Source: Candidatus Iainarchaeum sp. (lineage in GTDB: Archaea > Iainarchaeota > Iainarchaeia > Iainarchaeales > JAZDEL01). From it: a DNA stretch of 32,000 nucleotides. Under the pieces are notes generated by a model, which saw only the letters and a program-made list of their open reading frames with translations, searched no databases and was not told the DNA's origin. The stretch's first letter is position 1. Every line of letters begins with the position of its first letter. Both the position numbers and the translations under genes were made by a program. Below, piece by piece: positions 8,593 through 16,518 of this stretch. Location: positions 1-32,000 of the forward strand of contig JAZDEL010000004.1 in the NCBI GenBank assembly GCA_043808785.1, in the 5' to 3' direction.

Positions 8593-9240
8593 TTACCGCG
8601 CGCGCCTTTTTTTCATATGGTGCCGCAGGAATTCGAAGAGCGCGGGGAGCAGGGAGATTACTATTATTGCCACTATTAAAACCCCGAAGTTCTGCTTCAC
8701 TACAGGAATGTTGCCGAAGAAGTAACCCGCAAAAAGGAAAAGCGAAACCCAGAGCAGGCCGCCGAGGATGTTGTACGCGAGGAAGCGCGGATAATTCATT
8801 TTCCCTATTCCCGCAACGAATGGCGTGAATGTCCGTATTATGGGGATGAAGCGGGCAAGGACTATTGTTTTTCCGCCGTGCTTTTCGTAAAATTTCTCCG
8901 CTTTCATGAGGTATTCATGGTTAAGGAACCTTGATTTTTCCCTGAACACGTGCGGCCCCATAATGCCGCCAATCCAGTAGTTCACGGAGTCGCCGATTAT
9001 CGCCGCTGCGGAAAAAAGCAGGAAAAGTAGGGCTATGTCAAGCGCCCCGGCAGCGGAAAGCGCGCCTGCTGCGAAAAGAAGCGAATCCCCCGGAAGGAAC
9101 GGGAATATGACCAGCCCTGTTTCGCAGAAAACCACGGCGAAAAGTATTATGTATGTGAAAATTCCGAACTGATTTATGAGCGCGGCAAGGTGCGTGTCGA
9201 GGTGCACGATGAATTCGATGAAAAATGAAACAGGGTCCAT
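8593..9240 (-). CDS. DedA / SNARE-associated family membrane protein
   Basis: The product is a 215-aa polytopic protein with FCETGLVIFPFLPGDSLLFAAG, GGKTIVLARFIPIIRTFTPFVAG and multiple transmembrane segments. Confidence 0.88.
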   Translation of the reverse strand: MDPVSFFIEFIVHLDTHLAALINQFGIFTYIILFAVVFCETGLVIFPFLPGDSLLFAAGALSAAGALDIALLFLLFSAAAIIGDSVNYWIGGIMGPHVFREKSRFLNHEYLMKAEKFYEKHGGKTIVLARFIPIIRTFTPFVAGIGKMNYPRFLAYNILGGLLWVSLFLFAGYFFGNIPVVKQNFGVLIVAIIVISLLPALFEFLRHHMKKRRAR

Positions 9241-9390
9241 GCGAACAACACCTGAAAATGCGCGGAAATCACGCTTAATGTTATGTATAGGGGCTTGCTA
9301 TTGTCTTTAAAAGATTTATATTGGGATAATGTATCAGCCAATAATAAATGAAATAAATTATCGGCTGAAACAGGGGGTTGGGTGGAACAT

Positions 9391-11898
9391 ATGGGTAAGT
9401 TTTTCGGAGCATTGGCACTGGTTTTATTGGTTTTCATGGCGGGTGCGGCGTGGGCTGCATTCGCGGACGGCAGTTGCACAGATTTTAAAGTGTATAAAGA
9501 AGGCGGCACAGAATACTACAAAAACGGAAATAATGTTGTCTTTGAAGCAACCTGCGATGCAGGCACGTACACAGTAGAGGCACGCGTCATTGAAATTGAC
9601 AACCAAGCAACAGGCAGCAATGAATGGCAGAACCTAACCTATGACGGAGGCACAAGCAAATATTTGCTCACGCACCCGGTTTCTTCAGGTAACACCCTTG
9701 CAGACGGCTCGATAACGGCTCAATTCAGGGCGTGCGAAAGCGGTGCAGACTGCAATTGCAGCACTGTCACTTGCGACACCACGCCAACAGACACAATAAC
9801 GCTCGATAACACCGCGCCGGCAACAACAGACGATTATGACGGCGCATGGAAAAACGCGGATGTAACGGTTATACTTACCCCCACGGACACGGGGTCTGAC
9901 GTCAAGAGCACGAATTATCAGGTAGACAGCGGCGGGTATACAACAGGCACAAGCATCACAATCACAACCGACGGCAACCACACTGTCAACTATTACTCGC
10001 TGGACAACCTCGACAACATGGAAGCGACAAAGACAAAATATGTACTTCTCGACAAGACGGCGTGCAGCCAGATAACCAACCTGGACGCCTACGCAAGTTC
10101 GAACACTGGGAAAATCGACATGACCTGGAGCGCGCCAAGTTGTGCTGTTGCAGGGCTCAGCAAGTTTAAGCTGTACAGGTCCAACGGCGCAATCGACAAC
10201 GGCAACAAAGGGAGCGCTACTGTTGTAAACGACAACATAAGTTCCGGGTCGACAAGCTACCAGGACACGCCCCCCTCCACAGGAACTACATACTATTACG
10301 CGATTACATCATTCGACGTTGCGGGAAACGAGTCATCGGTTTCAAACAACGACAACGCCCAGGCATCATCGGGAAGCAGCGGCGCAACCCCGGGCACGCC
10401 CGACATAAGGGGCGACTCGGAGCACTCGGATAACGCGTGGAGCAATGACACTTCGGTGACATTCTCCTGGGACAATGTTTCGAACGCAAACTGGTACGGC
10501 TGCAACTGGGGAACAAGCAACAGCAGCGAGCCATCAAGCGGCTATTCCAGCTGCAGCAGCGGCTACTCGCAGTCGGGCCTCAGCAACAACACAACATACT
10601 ACCTCTGGGTCAAGGCTTGCGCGAGCAGCAACAGCAACTGCAGTTCCGCAGACAAATTCACGGTAAAGATAGACACCCAAAGGCCCGAACAGGTCACAGG
10701 CTTAACCGTTAAATTAACCGACGGCGAACCCGAACTCGACTGGGACGAACCTAACGACAGCGGCGGCTCGGGGATAGGCAATTACCGAATATACAGGAGC
10801 ACCAAGTCGGGGTTCGACGCTGAAGACAGCGACGAGTACCAGTTCGACGCCACAGAGAGTTCGACAAATTACACCGACGATTCCTCGCTCGTGAACGGCA
10901 GGACATATTATTACAAGGTGCGCGCATATGACGATGCGGGAAACGGCAGCGAAGAAGCAAGCGCGCAGAAGTCGATAACCATGGGGGAAAGTTCATCCTC
11001 GGGAAACCTCAGGCTGAACATAGAGGCGGATGAATACGTGAAAGGGGATACGCTCGAGGCAAAGGTTACCGCATCCGGAGGCAGGATGTGGAACGCATAC
11101 CTCAAAGTGTACCTGGACAATAAGTGGACTGTGCTCGTGAACGGGAAGGACGATATATCGGGCATGGAGGGCAGCATGCCAATAAAGGACGCATACCAGG
11201 GCAAGAGCGGCTATGTCTATGCGGTGGCGGAGGACGAGGACGGCGAAATATTTGACGAGCAGTTCAATTTCGTTGTCGACGGCAAGGCGCCGGAGGCAAG
11301 CTGGGAAACCGCCCCGACATGGGACGAGGCCGGCAAAAAGGTTGTTCTCAGCCTGAAGGTTGACGAAGAAGGCTCGGGAACCAAGGCAGTCACGTTCTTT
11401 TACCAGAAAGGCACGGAGTGGGTAAAGATAGCGGAAGTCACGGCGCCAAAGAACGGCGTGTATTCATACAACTGGAACACGGCCGGCCTTGAAGGAAGGT
11501 ATGTGATAAAGGCAGTGGTTGCCGACAATGCGGGGAACAGCACGGAAACCGAGCCGACAAGCCTCATGTTCAAGGCAACGGTGCAGCAGGAAACTGCGGA
11601 ACAGCCAACAACCCCTACAGGGGAGGGGACAGGCACCACTGAACAGCCTTCCGACATGACAGGGCTTATCTTCGTCGGCGGCGGGCTGCTTGCCGGGCTT
11701 GTTGTCCTGCTCGCAATAGTTGCCGTCTGGCTCGTTGTGAGCCAGGGGCGCGAGGACATGGGTTTGAACAGCGAACTCCTGAGGGCATCGGACAGGGCCG
11801 AAAGGGGCTCGTTCGTAAGGAACATGCTCAGCAGGGAGCCGAAGAAAGAGCCGAGGAAAAGGCCTTCGGGACAGGGAATATTCGCATACAAGGAATGA
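9391..11898 (+). CDS. Type I membrane surface protein with Ig-like and fibronectin-type-III-like repeats
   Basis: A Sec signal peptide is present (MGKFFGALALVLLVFMAGAAWA|AF). There are two FN3-like units (KFKLYRSNG...GTTYYYAITSFDVAGNES and NYRIYRSTKSG...GRTYYYKVRAYDDAGNGS) and two Ig-like units that begin at DNTAP and DGKAP. It has many N-x-S/T sequons and a C-terminal TM (GLIFVGGGLLAGLVVLLAIVAVWLVV) followed by a basic tail of about 70 aa. The ORF opens with GTG at 9382, and the ATG is at 9391. Confidence 0.8.
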   Translation: MGKFFGALALVLLVFMAGAAWAAFADGSCTDFKVYKEGGTEYYKNGNNVVFEATCDAGTYTVEARVIEIDNQATGSNEWQNLTYDGGTSKYLLTHPVSSGNTLADGSITAQFRACESGADCNCSTVTCDTTPTDTITLDNTAPATTDDYDGAWKNADVTVILTPTDTGSDVKSTNYQVDSGGYTTGTSITITTDGNHTVNYYSLDNLDNMEATKTKYVLLDKTACSQITNLDAYASSNTGKIDMTWSAPSCAVAGLSKFKLYRSNGAIDNGNKGSATVVNDNISSGSTSYQDTPPSTGTTYYYAITSFDVAGNESSVSNNDNAQASSGSSGATPGTPDIRGDSEHSDNAWSNDTSVTFSWDNVSNANWYGCNWGTSNSSEPSSGYSSCSSGYSQSGLSNNTTYYLWVKACASSNSNCSSADKFTVKIDTQRPEQVTGLTVKLTDGEPELDWDEPNDSGGSGIGNYRIYRSTKSGFDAEDSDEYQFDATESSTNYTDDSSLVNGRTYYYKVRAYDDAGNGSEEASAQKSITMGESSSSGNLRLNIEADEYVKGDTLEAKVTASGGRMWNAYLKVYLDNKWTVLVNGKDDISGMEGSMPIKDAYQGKSGYVYAVAEDEDGEIFDEQFNFVVDGKAPEASWETAPTWDEAGKKVVLSLKVDEEGSGTKAVTFFYQKGTEWVKIAEVTAPKNGVYSYNWNTAGLEGRYVIKAVVADNAGNSTETEPTSLMFKATVQQETAEQPTTPTGEGTGTTEQPSDMTGLIFVGGGLLAGLVVLLAIVAVWLVVSQGREDMGLNSELLRASDRAERGSFVRNMLSREPKKEPRKRPSGQGIFAYKE

Positions 11899-11923
11899 AA
11901 CAGTTTCAAAAAATTCAGGGTGC

Positions 11924-11965
11924 GCGGGCGGATGCCCGCCACTTTAATTTTTTTCTTATTTAATT
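11924..11965 (+). terminator. Hairpin plus T-tracts downstream of the surface-protein gene
   Basis: The hairpin GCGGGC-GGAT-GCCCGC (11924-11939) is followed by runs of T (tttaattttttttcttatttaatttttt). Confidence 0.5.
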
Positions 11966-11981
11966 TTTTCTTTCATTGTTT

Positions 11982-12371
11982 TTATTTTTTATCTTTGTTT
12001 TTCACCGCAATTGAAAAATCGGGAACAATGTGCGCTTCCTCCCCGCGGTTAACTTTGGGAAAAGCCCTGTAAACGAAGTTCGGCGCGGAAATCTTCTGCG
12101 CGCGGACAAGATAAACCAGGAGCGCCGCAATCACGAGAACAAGCAGCGAAGCCAGGGTCGAGAAATAATCAATCCTTATCCCGAGCAGCTGGTTCTCGAG
12201 AAGCATGAGCAAAGGGAGAAAGCTTATTGACAGGACAAAGGAGAACACGAGGCGTTCCACGCCGTCCAAATCGCTTTTCCTCGGGAAAAACGCAAGCGTA
12301 AGGAAATAACCAGGCAGGGTCACGATTAGGGCAAACATAACCAAACCGTAAGCCAATTCCACAATCGCCAT
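11982..12371 (-). CDS. DUF1616-like archaeal membrane protein (short form, 129 aa)
   Basis: LPGYFLTLAFFPRKSDLDGVERLVFSFVLSISFLPLLMLLEN matches the conserved N-terminal membrane module of DUF1616. It has three predicted transmembrane segments. Confidence 0.6.
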   Translation of the reverse strand: MAIVELAYGLVMFALIVTLPGYFLTLAFFPRKSDLDGVERLVFSFVLSISFLPLLMLLENQLLGIRIDYFSTLASLLVLVIAALLVYLVRAQKISAPNFVYRAFPKVNRGEEAHIVPDFSIAVKNKDKK

Positions 12372-12389
12372 AGGTTAATTATGTGGGGA

Positions 12390-12403
12390 GGAATTATTTA
12401 AAA
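12390..12403. repeat. Copy 1 of a 14-nt A/T-box direct repeat (ggaattatttaaaa), TATA-like
   Basis: An exact copy recurs at 12442-12455. Read on the minus strand, it lies 19-32 nt upstream of the 12371 ATG. Confidence 0.4.
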
Positions 12404-12441
12404 CCATTGCATAAGGGCATTGCCCGCAACCTCGGCATGGC

Positions 12442-12455
12442 GGAATTATTTAAAA
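12442..12455. repeat. Copy 2 of the 14-nt A/T-box direct repeat, TATA-like
   Basis: It is an exact repeat of 12390-12403 and lies about 70 nt upstream of the 12523 ATG. Confidence 0.4.
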
Positions 12456-12522
12456 TGGGTACAGTGATATAGATAAGGGTGCGCCGATATTCGGCGGGCG
12501 GATGCGGAGTTCTGGTGGAAAA

Positions 12523-13659
12523 ATGAACAACATGGTTATTGTCGGCGGCGGCCCGATAGGGCTTTCCCTTGCGCTAAGGCTTAAGCAGGAGGGGTGGAAG
12601 CCGGTTGTAATAGAGGAGCATTCCGCCGTGGGGAAACCCGTGAACTGCACAGGGCTGATAAGCAGGAGCGGGGTCGAGGAACTTGGGCTTAAAATAGAGG
12701 GGTGCGAAGTTAACCGCGTCAGGGGCGCAAAGATTTATGCTCCCGATAACAGCATGCTTGAAATAAGGAGGCACGATTTCGTTGCGCATGTTATAGACAG
12801 GGAGGCGTTCGACCGCGGGTTCTACGATGCCGCGGTAAAGGCTGGCGTCGATGTAAGGCTGGGCACAAGGCTGCTTGACATAAGGAATGAAACGGTTTTT
12901 GTGGAACACGGGGGCAGGGGGGAACTTATAAAGGCACAGCTTGCAATAGGGGCTGATGGGGCTGTTTCGAAGATGCGCTCGCTGATGGGGCTGCACGTGC
13001 CGGCGGACAGGCTGATGCGCACATACCAGGTAGTTGCCAGAGGCTCCTTTGACAGGGAATTCGTTTCGCTTTACTTCGGCGGCAGCGCGAAAAACTTTTT
13101 CGGCTGGATTGTGCCCGAGAGCCACGAGCTTGCGAGGATAGGGATAGGCACAACGGCAGGAAACGCAAAGGAGGCGTTCGACGGATTCATTGCCGAGCGC
13201 GGAATACAGGCAGAAGCGGTATCGCAGAGCAGCTCCCTTATCCCCATAGGCGAGCCGCTGAAAAATCCCGCAACAGAGAGCATGATGCTTATAGGGGATG
13301 CGGCTTTCCAGACAAAGGCAACGACAGGAGGGGGCATAATTACAGGGCTGAATGCGGTGAATGCCGCCGCGGAAGTGATAGGCGCGAACATAAAGAAGCG
13401 CGTGCCGCTCAAGAACTACGGGAAGATGCTGGAGCCGCTGAACAAGGAGCTTGCAATGCACTGGAAAATACGCACATACATGAACTCGCTTACTGACGAG
13501 AAAATGAACAGGCTTTTTGCGAAGATGAAGAAGGCGGGAATTGAGGACTTCCTCTCTAAGGAAGGGGATATGGACAGGCCCTCGAAGTTTGTGGGGAAGA
13601 TACTCACAAAGCCGAGGATGTGGGGGCTGATTCCTGAGGCGATGAGGATTTTGAGGTAA
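12523..13659 (+). CDS. FAD-dependent oxidoreductase, geranylgeranyl reductase family
   Basis: The Rossmann motif is MVIVGGGPIGLSLALRL..VIEE. Also present are VNCTGLIS and LIGDAAFQTKATTGGGI. A GGTGGA RBS precedes the ATG at 12523. Confidence 0.82.
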   Translation: MNNMVIVGGGPIGLSLALRLKQEGWKPVVIEEHSAVGKPVNCTGLISRSGVEELGLKIEGCEVNRVRGAKIYAPDNSMLEIRRHDFVAHVIDREAFDRGFYDAAVKAGVDVRLGTRLLDIRNETVFVEHGGRGELIKAQLAIGADGAVSKMRSLMGLHVPADRLMRTYQVVARGSFDREFVSLYFGGSAKNFFGWIVPESHELARIGIGTTAGNAKEAFDGFIAERGIQAEAVSQSSSLIPIGEPLKNPATESMMLIGDAAFQTKATTGGGIITGLNAVNAAAEVIGANIKKRVPLKNYGKMLEPLNKELAMHWKIRTYMNSLTDEKMNRLFAKMKKAGIEDFLSKEGDMDRPSKFVGKILTKPRMWGLIPEAMRILR

Positions 13660-13680
13660 GCGCGCAGAAGGTTAAGGCGC

Positions 13681-13929
13681 TTAACGATATGCATCTTTCC
13701 TGTGCTCAATCTTTGCAATAAGTATTGTCGTTTCTTTTACCGAGAATACCACACGGTATTTGCCCACGTGCTCGCTGCGGTAATTTTTGAAAGCGTGCGA
13801 AAGCGGCTTTGCCAGTTCGGGATTTTCCGCCAGCCGCTCAAGGCGCTTTAGAATCTGCCTGCAAATAGGCTTGTCCAATTTTTGCAGTTGTTCAAACGCC
13901 AAGGGGGAATATTCCAGCGCATAGCGCAT
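13681..13929 (-). CDS. RelE/ParE-family type II toxin
   Basis: The 82-aa product (...KLDKPICRQILKRLERLAENPELAKPL...YRSEHVGKYRVVFSVKETTILIAKIEHRKDAY) has the typical RelE/ParE layout. Its ATG abuts the stop codon of the upstream small gene. Confidence 0.85.
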   Translation of the reverse strand: MRYALEYSPLAFEQLQKLDKPICRQILKRLERLAENPELAKPLSHAFKNYRSEHVGKYRVVFSVKETTILIAKIEHRKDAYR

Positions 13930-14148
13930 CTAGGCACCCAGCCTTTTCAGCACCTCGCGGTGGGAGAGGGTTTTCCCTTCCTTGAATTCCTTTTCTGCCG
14001 CGGCTATCGCCTTCAGGTCCTTGAGAAGTTCGGTATCGGTTATTTTTTCCTCGATTGCCTGCCGAGCAACCTCGCTCCACTTGAATTCGGGGTGCACCTT
14101 CATCTTTTCATAAAGCATGTCGGGGACCGCAAGGGTAATATTTGCCAT
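13930..14148 (-). CDS. Cognate antitoxin, probably ribbon-helix-helix type
   Basis: The 72-aa product has an N-terminal beta strand (ANITLAVPDMLYEKM) followed by helices. It lies directly upstream of the toxin on the same strand. Confidence 0.7.
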   Translation of the reverse strand: MANITLAVPDMLYEKMKVHPEFKWSEVARQAIEEKITDTELLKDLKAIAAAEKEFKEGKTLSHREVLKRLGA

Positions 14149-14220
14149 TCAACCACCTCTATGTGCAATATGTGTATGCAAATAATTAAAAAGGCTCCGC
14201 TGCAGAGACAGGGGCGCAAA

Positions 14221-14469
14221 TCAGGCACGCTCCTTAACGAGGGCCAATTTCTTTCCTCTTGGCCAGGATTTTATTTCAGCCTCCATTGACATTGCCGCGC
14301 TTCTGCTCTTCAGGCGCGCGGAATAAGCAAGTTTCACTGGCCTCCGCGACCTTGTGTACCTGCCGCCTTTGCCGGCGTTGTGCGCGCGCAGGCGCTTTTC
14401 CAAATCGTTTGTCCAGCCGCAGTAAAGTGTTTTGCCGCGGCATTTGAGGAGGTAGACAAAGAAAGGCAT
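14221..14469 (-). CDS. GIY-YIG nuclease-superfamily protein (UPF0213 / YhbQ-like)
   Basis: FFVYLLKCRGKTLYCGWTNDLEKRLRAHNAGKGGRYTRSRRPVKLAY...MEAEIKSW matches the family pattern. The ATG at 14469 is preferred over 14481. Confidence 0.85.
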   Translation of the reverse strand: MPFFVYLLKCRGKTLYCGWTNDLEKRLRAHNAGKGGRYTRSRRPVKLAYSARLKSRSAAMSMEAEIKSWPRGKKLALVKERA

Positions 14470-14497
14470 AACGCAGCACACTTCCGAAAAAAAGAAA

Positions 14498-14604
14498 TAG
14501 CCCCGAGGAGATTCGAACTCCTGTCACCAGGTCCAGAGCCTGATATGCTTTCGGCAGAATTGAAGCATTCACCTCAAGTTCTTTGGCCGCTACACTACGG
14601 GGCT
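14498..14604 (-). tRNA. tRNA-Gln (anticodon CUG) with an intron of about 34 nt in the D-loop; CCA not encoded
   Basis: Read on the minus strand, the acceptor stem is AGCCCCG / CGGGGCT (an A1:U72 pair, as recalled for archaeal tRNA-Gln). The discriminator base is A. The T arm is AGGAG-TTCGAAT-CTCCT. The anticodon arm is TCAGG-CTCTGGA-CCTGG, with U33 and the anticodon CTG at 14534-14536. Removing 14550-14583 restores the D arm GTGT-AGCGGCCAA-GCAT, and the mature RNA is 72 nt plus the discriminator base. A T-run follows the 3' end. Confidence 0.8.
14550..14583 (-). other. Non-canonical tRNA intron (D-loop) in a relaxed bulge-helix-bulge context
   Basis: The central 4-bp helix is CGGC/GCCG (tRNA index 16-19 with 50-53). 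It is flanked by the 3-nt bulge CAA (20-22) and the 3-nt AAA (54-56). The inner helix is AGAA/TTCT (23-26 with 46-49), extended by TTGA/TCAA. The exact cut sites are ambiguous within the A-runs. Confidence 0.65.
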
Positions 14605-14619
14605 ATTAGCGGTTAAATT

Positions 14620-14655
14620 CCCGACAATCCGCCCTAGGCGGGCTTTCTTGTCGGG
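14620..14655 (-). other. Bipartite hairpin between the 14730-15656 gene and the tRNA (possible terminator or leader structure)
   Basis: The outer stem is CCCGACAA (14620-14627) paired with TTGTCGGG (14648-14655). The inner stem is CCGCC-CTA-GGCGG (14629-14641). Confidence 0.35.
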
Positions 14656-14729
14656 ATGCCTAAAACCAATAACCTGCGCAAACTTTAAAATATCATCCCC
14701 GCGCCTGAGGCGGTTACTTTGCACACAAG

Positions 14730-15656
14730 TTACTTCAGTTTCCTGGCAAATATATTCAGGAAGGTTCTTCTTGGGATGAGTTTATTGCGCATATTGCGCG
14801 TTTTATTTGCCCTCAAGGCAACTGCCTTTGCGCTTGCGGCTTTTGGGGGCGTTTCTTTCAGCACATCCGTGAATATTCCCGCGGCAGCCCACTCTTTTTT
14901 TATAGGGTCCCATTGCAAATGCCCGCAGTCATGCAGTCCCTCCTTAACGAAGTATTTCTCAAGCGGATAAAAAGCCTCCAGCACCTTTTTTCTGTATCCG
15001 GCGTCTTTCAGCGCCTCAGGTATGCCTGCATGGCATGCCCCATAGGGCACATATATTGTGGGCTTTCTGCCTTTGGATTTTGCCAGCATGGGCGCAATAA
15101 ACGATTCCGCCTTTTCAGCCATTATGACATTCCTTACCTCAATCCATGGGTCGGGCCATATTGAAAATGTTTTGGCATAAAGCCACCTTTGCAGCCTTCT
15201 CTTTTTTATTTCGCCCGAACGCGCTAAAGGCAATGTGCCCCATAAATCACGAACCGTTGCAATTGCAAACAATTCAGCCATCAAAGCTGTGAAGCCCCTC
15301 CTGTTCATTTTTCTCCCCATCAGATTATGGGTAACCGCGCCTGCGGCTGCGCCTGACCCCCCTAAAATAAGCAGTGATTTTAACAGATTTTTCCGAACAG
15401 ATGCAGCCCTTACTGATTTTTTAGGCTCGGCATCCGCCATAAAAATCGGAATCCCGTTCTTCTTGGCAAACGAGAAAACACTGGCACCATATGGCAGTAT
15501 CTGCTCATGCGTTGCGAAGTGTAATATCCCGCTTTCCTGAGGGGGATATTCATATATTATTGCATCATAACGCGGGGCATTTTTAATTGCACTGAGATGG
15601 CTTCCCAATTCCAGGCGGTATTTTGCATTTTCGGTTTCAAAATCAAGGTAGCCCAT
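14730..15656 (-). CDS. Hypothetical protein with one central TM segment; no family confidently recognised
   Basis: The ORF is 308 aa. It has a hydrophobic stretch LLKSLLILGGSGAAAGAV. The weak motifs LHFATHEQ and PYGACHAGIPEAL are only loosely reminiscent of the GxxH motifs of the TraB/Tiki superfamily. Confidence 0.6.
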   Translation of the reverse strand: MGYLDFETENAKYRLELGSHLSAIKNAPRYDAIIYEYPPQESGILHFATHEQILPYGASVFSFAKKNGIPIFMADAEPKKSVRAASVRKNLLKSLLILGGSGAAAGAVTHNLMGRKMNRRGFTALMAELFAIATVRDLWGTLPLARSGEIKKRRLQRWLYAKTFSIWPDPWIEVRNVIMAEKAESFIAPMLAKSKGRKPTIYVPYGACHAGIPEALKDAGYRKKVLEAFYPLEKYFVKEGLHDCGHLQWDPIKKEWAAAGIFTDVLKETPPKAASAKAVALRANKTRNMRNKLIPRRTFLNIFARKLK

Positions 15657-15729
15657 AGAAGGAATAGGATTACCTTACTTAAATTAGTTTTGGTGCAGTG
15701 CAGCCGATTTCCGCAGGCAACAAAAGAAG

Positions 15730-16431
15730 TTACTTCCCGTATCTCCTGTCCCTTTCGTAAAAGTCCTTCACAGCGGCCTGCAGATCCGCTTCCTGAAGTT
15801 CGGGCCAGTATTTGGGCGTGAAATATAATTCTGAATACGCGGACTGGTATGTCAAAAACCCGCTAAGGCGCTGCGTTCCCGAGGTGCGTATTATGAGGTC
15901 CGGGTTCTGGAATGGGGAGTACAGGTAATTCGCGAATGCCTTTTCATTCAGGTGCGCGAGATTGACAATGCCCTCCTTATAGCCCTGCGCTATTTTTTTT
16001 GCGGCGTCGACAATTTCCTGCTGGCCGTTGTAGCCCAAAGCAAGGTTGATTGTGCGCTTTCCCCCGAAATCCGCGGTGTATTTTTCCGCAGCATCCATCT
16101 TTTCCTGCATTTTTTTCGGGAAGAGTTCGCGCCTGCCGACAAACTTAAGCGCGATTTTGTTCTCCGCAAGCACGGCCTTATCCTTAACGCTGTCGAGTTC
16201 GCGCCCGAAAATTTTGAAAAGAACGGAAAGTTCCGCGCGGTTGCGGGAAAGGTTCTCCATTGAAAGTGTGTAAAACGTGCCCACCTTTATCTGCGGGTAT
16301 TTCACAAGCCACTCAAGGACATCCCAGGATTTCTGCGTGCCCAAAGAGTATGCCTGCAGCAGGTTCAGGCCGTTCAGGCGCGCGTAGCGCCTGTTGCCGT
16401 CGGGAATGAACGCTATTGAATTAAGTTCCAT
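15730..16431 (-). CDS. uppS: cis-prenyltransferase, undecaprenyl-diphosphate synthase family
   Basis: Motifs FIPDGNRRYA, NLALGYNGQQEI and IRTSGTQRLSGFLTYQSAYSELYF fit the family. The ATG at 16431 (MELNS) is preferred over the ORF opening at 16488. Confidence 0.9.
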   Translation of the reverse strand: MELNSIAFIPDGNRRYARLNGLNLLQAYSLGTQKSWDVLEWLVKYPQIKVGTFYTLSMENLSRNRAELSVLFKIFGRELDSVKDKAVLAENKIALKFVGRRELFPKKMQEKMDAAEKYTADFGGKRTINLALGYNGQQEIVDAAKKIAQGYKEGIVNLAHLNEKAFANYLYSPFQNPDLIIRTSGTQRLSGFLTYQSAYSELYFTPKYWPELQEADLQAAVKDFYERDRRYGK

Positions 16432-16446
16432 GAAATAACCACAGCC

Positions 16447-16468
16447 CTGAAAAAGGTTAAAAAGGAAT
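16447..16468. repeat. Copy 1 of a 22-nt promoter-like direct repeat (ctgaaaaaggttaaaaaggaat)
   Basis: It matches 16497-16518 at 21 of 22 positions. On the minus strand, the A/T box lies about 20-30 nt upstream of the uppS ATG. Confidence 0.45.
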
Positions 16469-16496
16469 AATGTTGCATTCCCCCGCAATTAGGAAA

Positions 16497-16518
16497 CTGA
16501 AAAGGGTTAAAAAGGAAT
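16497..16518. repeat. Copy 2 of the 22-nt promoter-like direct repeat (ctgaaaagggttaaaaaggaat)
   Basis: See copy 1. A third partial copy, aagggttaaa, lies at 16606-16615, about 35-44 nt upstream of the 16650 ATG. Confidence 0.45.

Noticed and set aside
12574-13461. 295-aa minus-strand ORF inside the geranylgeranyl reductase gene
   Set aside because: It is antisense to a gene with a clear FAD-binding Rossmann motif, and its composition (C/R/Y/P/H-rich) is implausible.
14498-14604. Interpretation of the 107-nt tRNA as an initiator tRNA (A1:U72) or a class II tRNA with a long variable arm or a canonical 37/38 intron
   Set aside because: No CAU anticodon loop can be formed. No register places a U33/purine-37 loop before an intron at 37/38. 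A regular anticodon arm with CUG lies directly upstream of a 4-nt variable loop and the T arm, leaving the extra 34 nt in the D-loop. As far as I recall, A1:U72 also occurs in archaeal tRNA-Gln.
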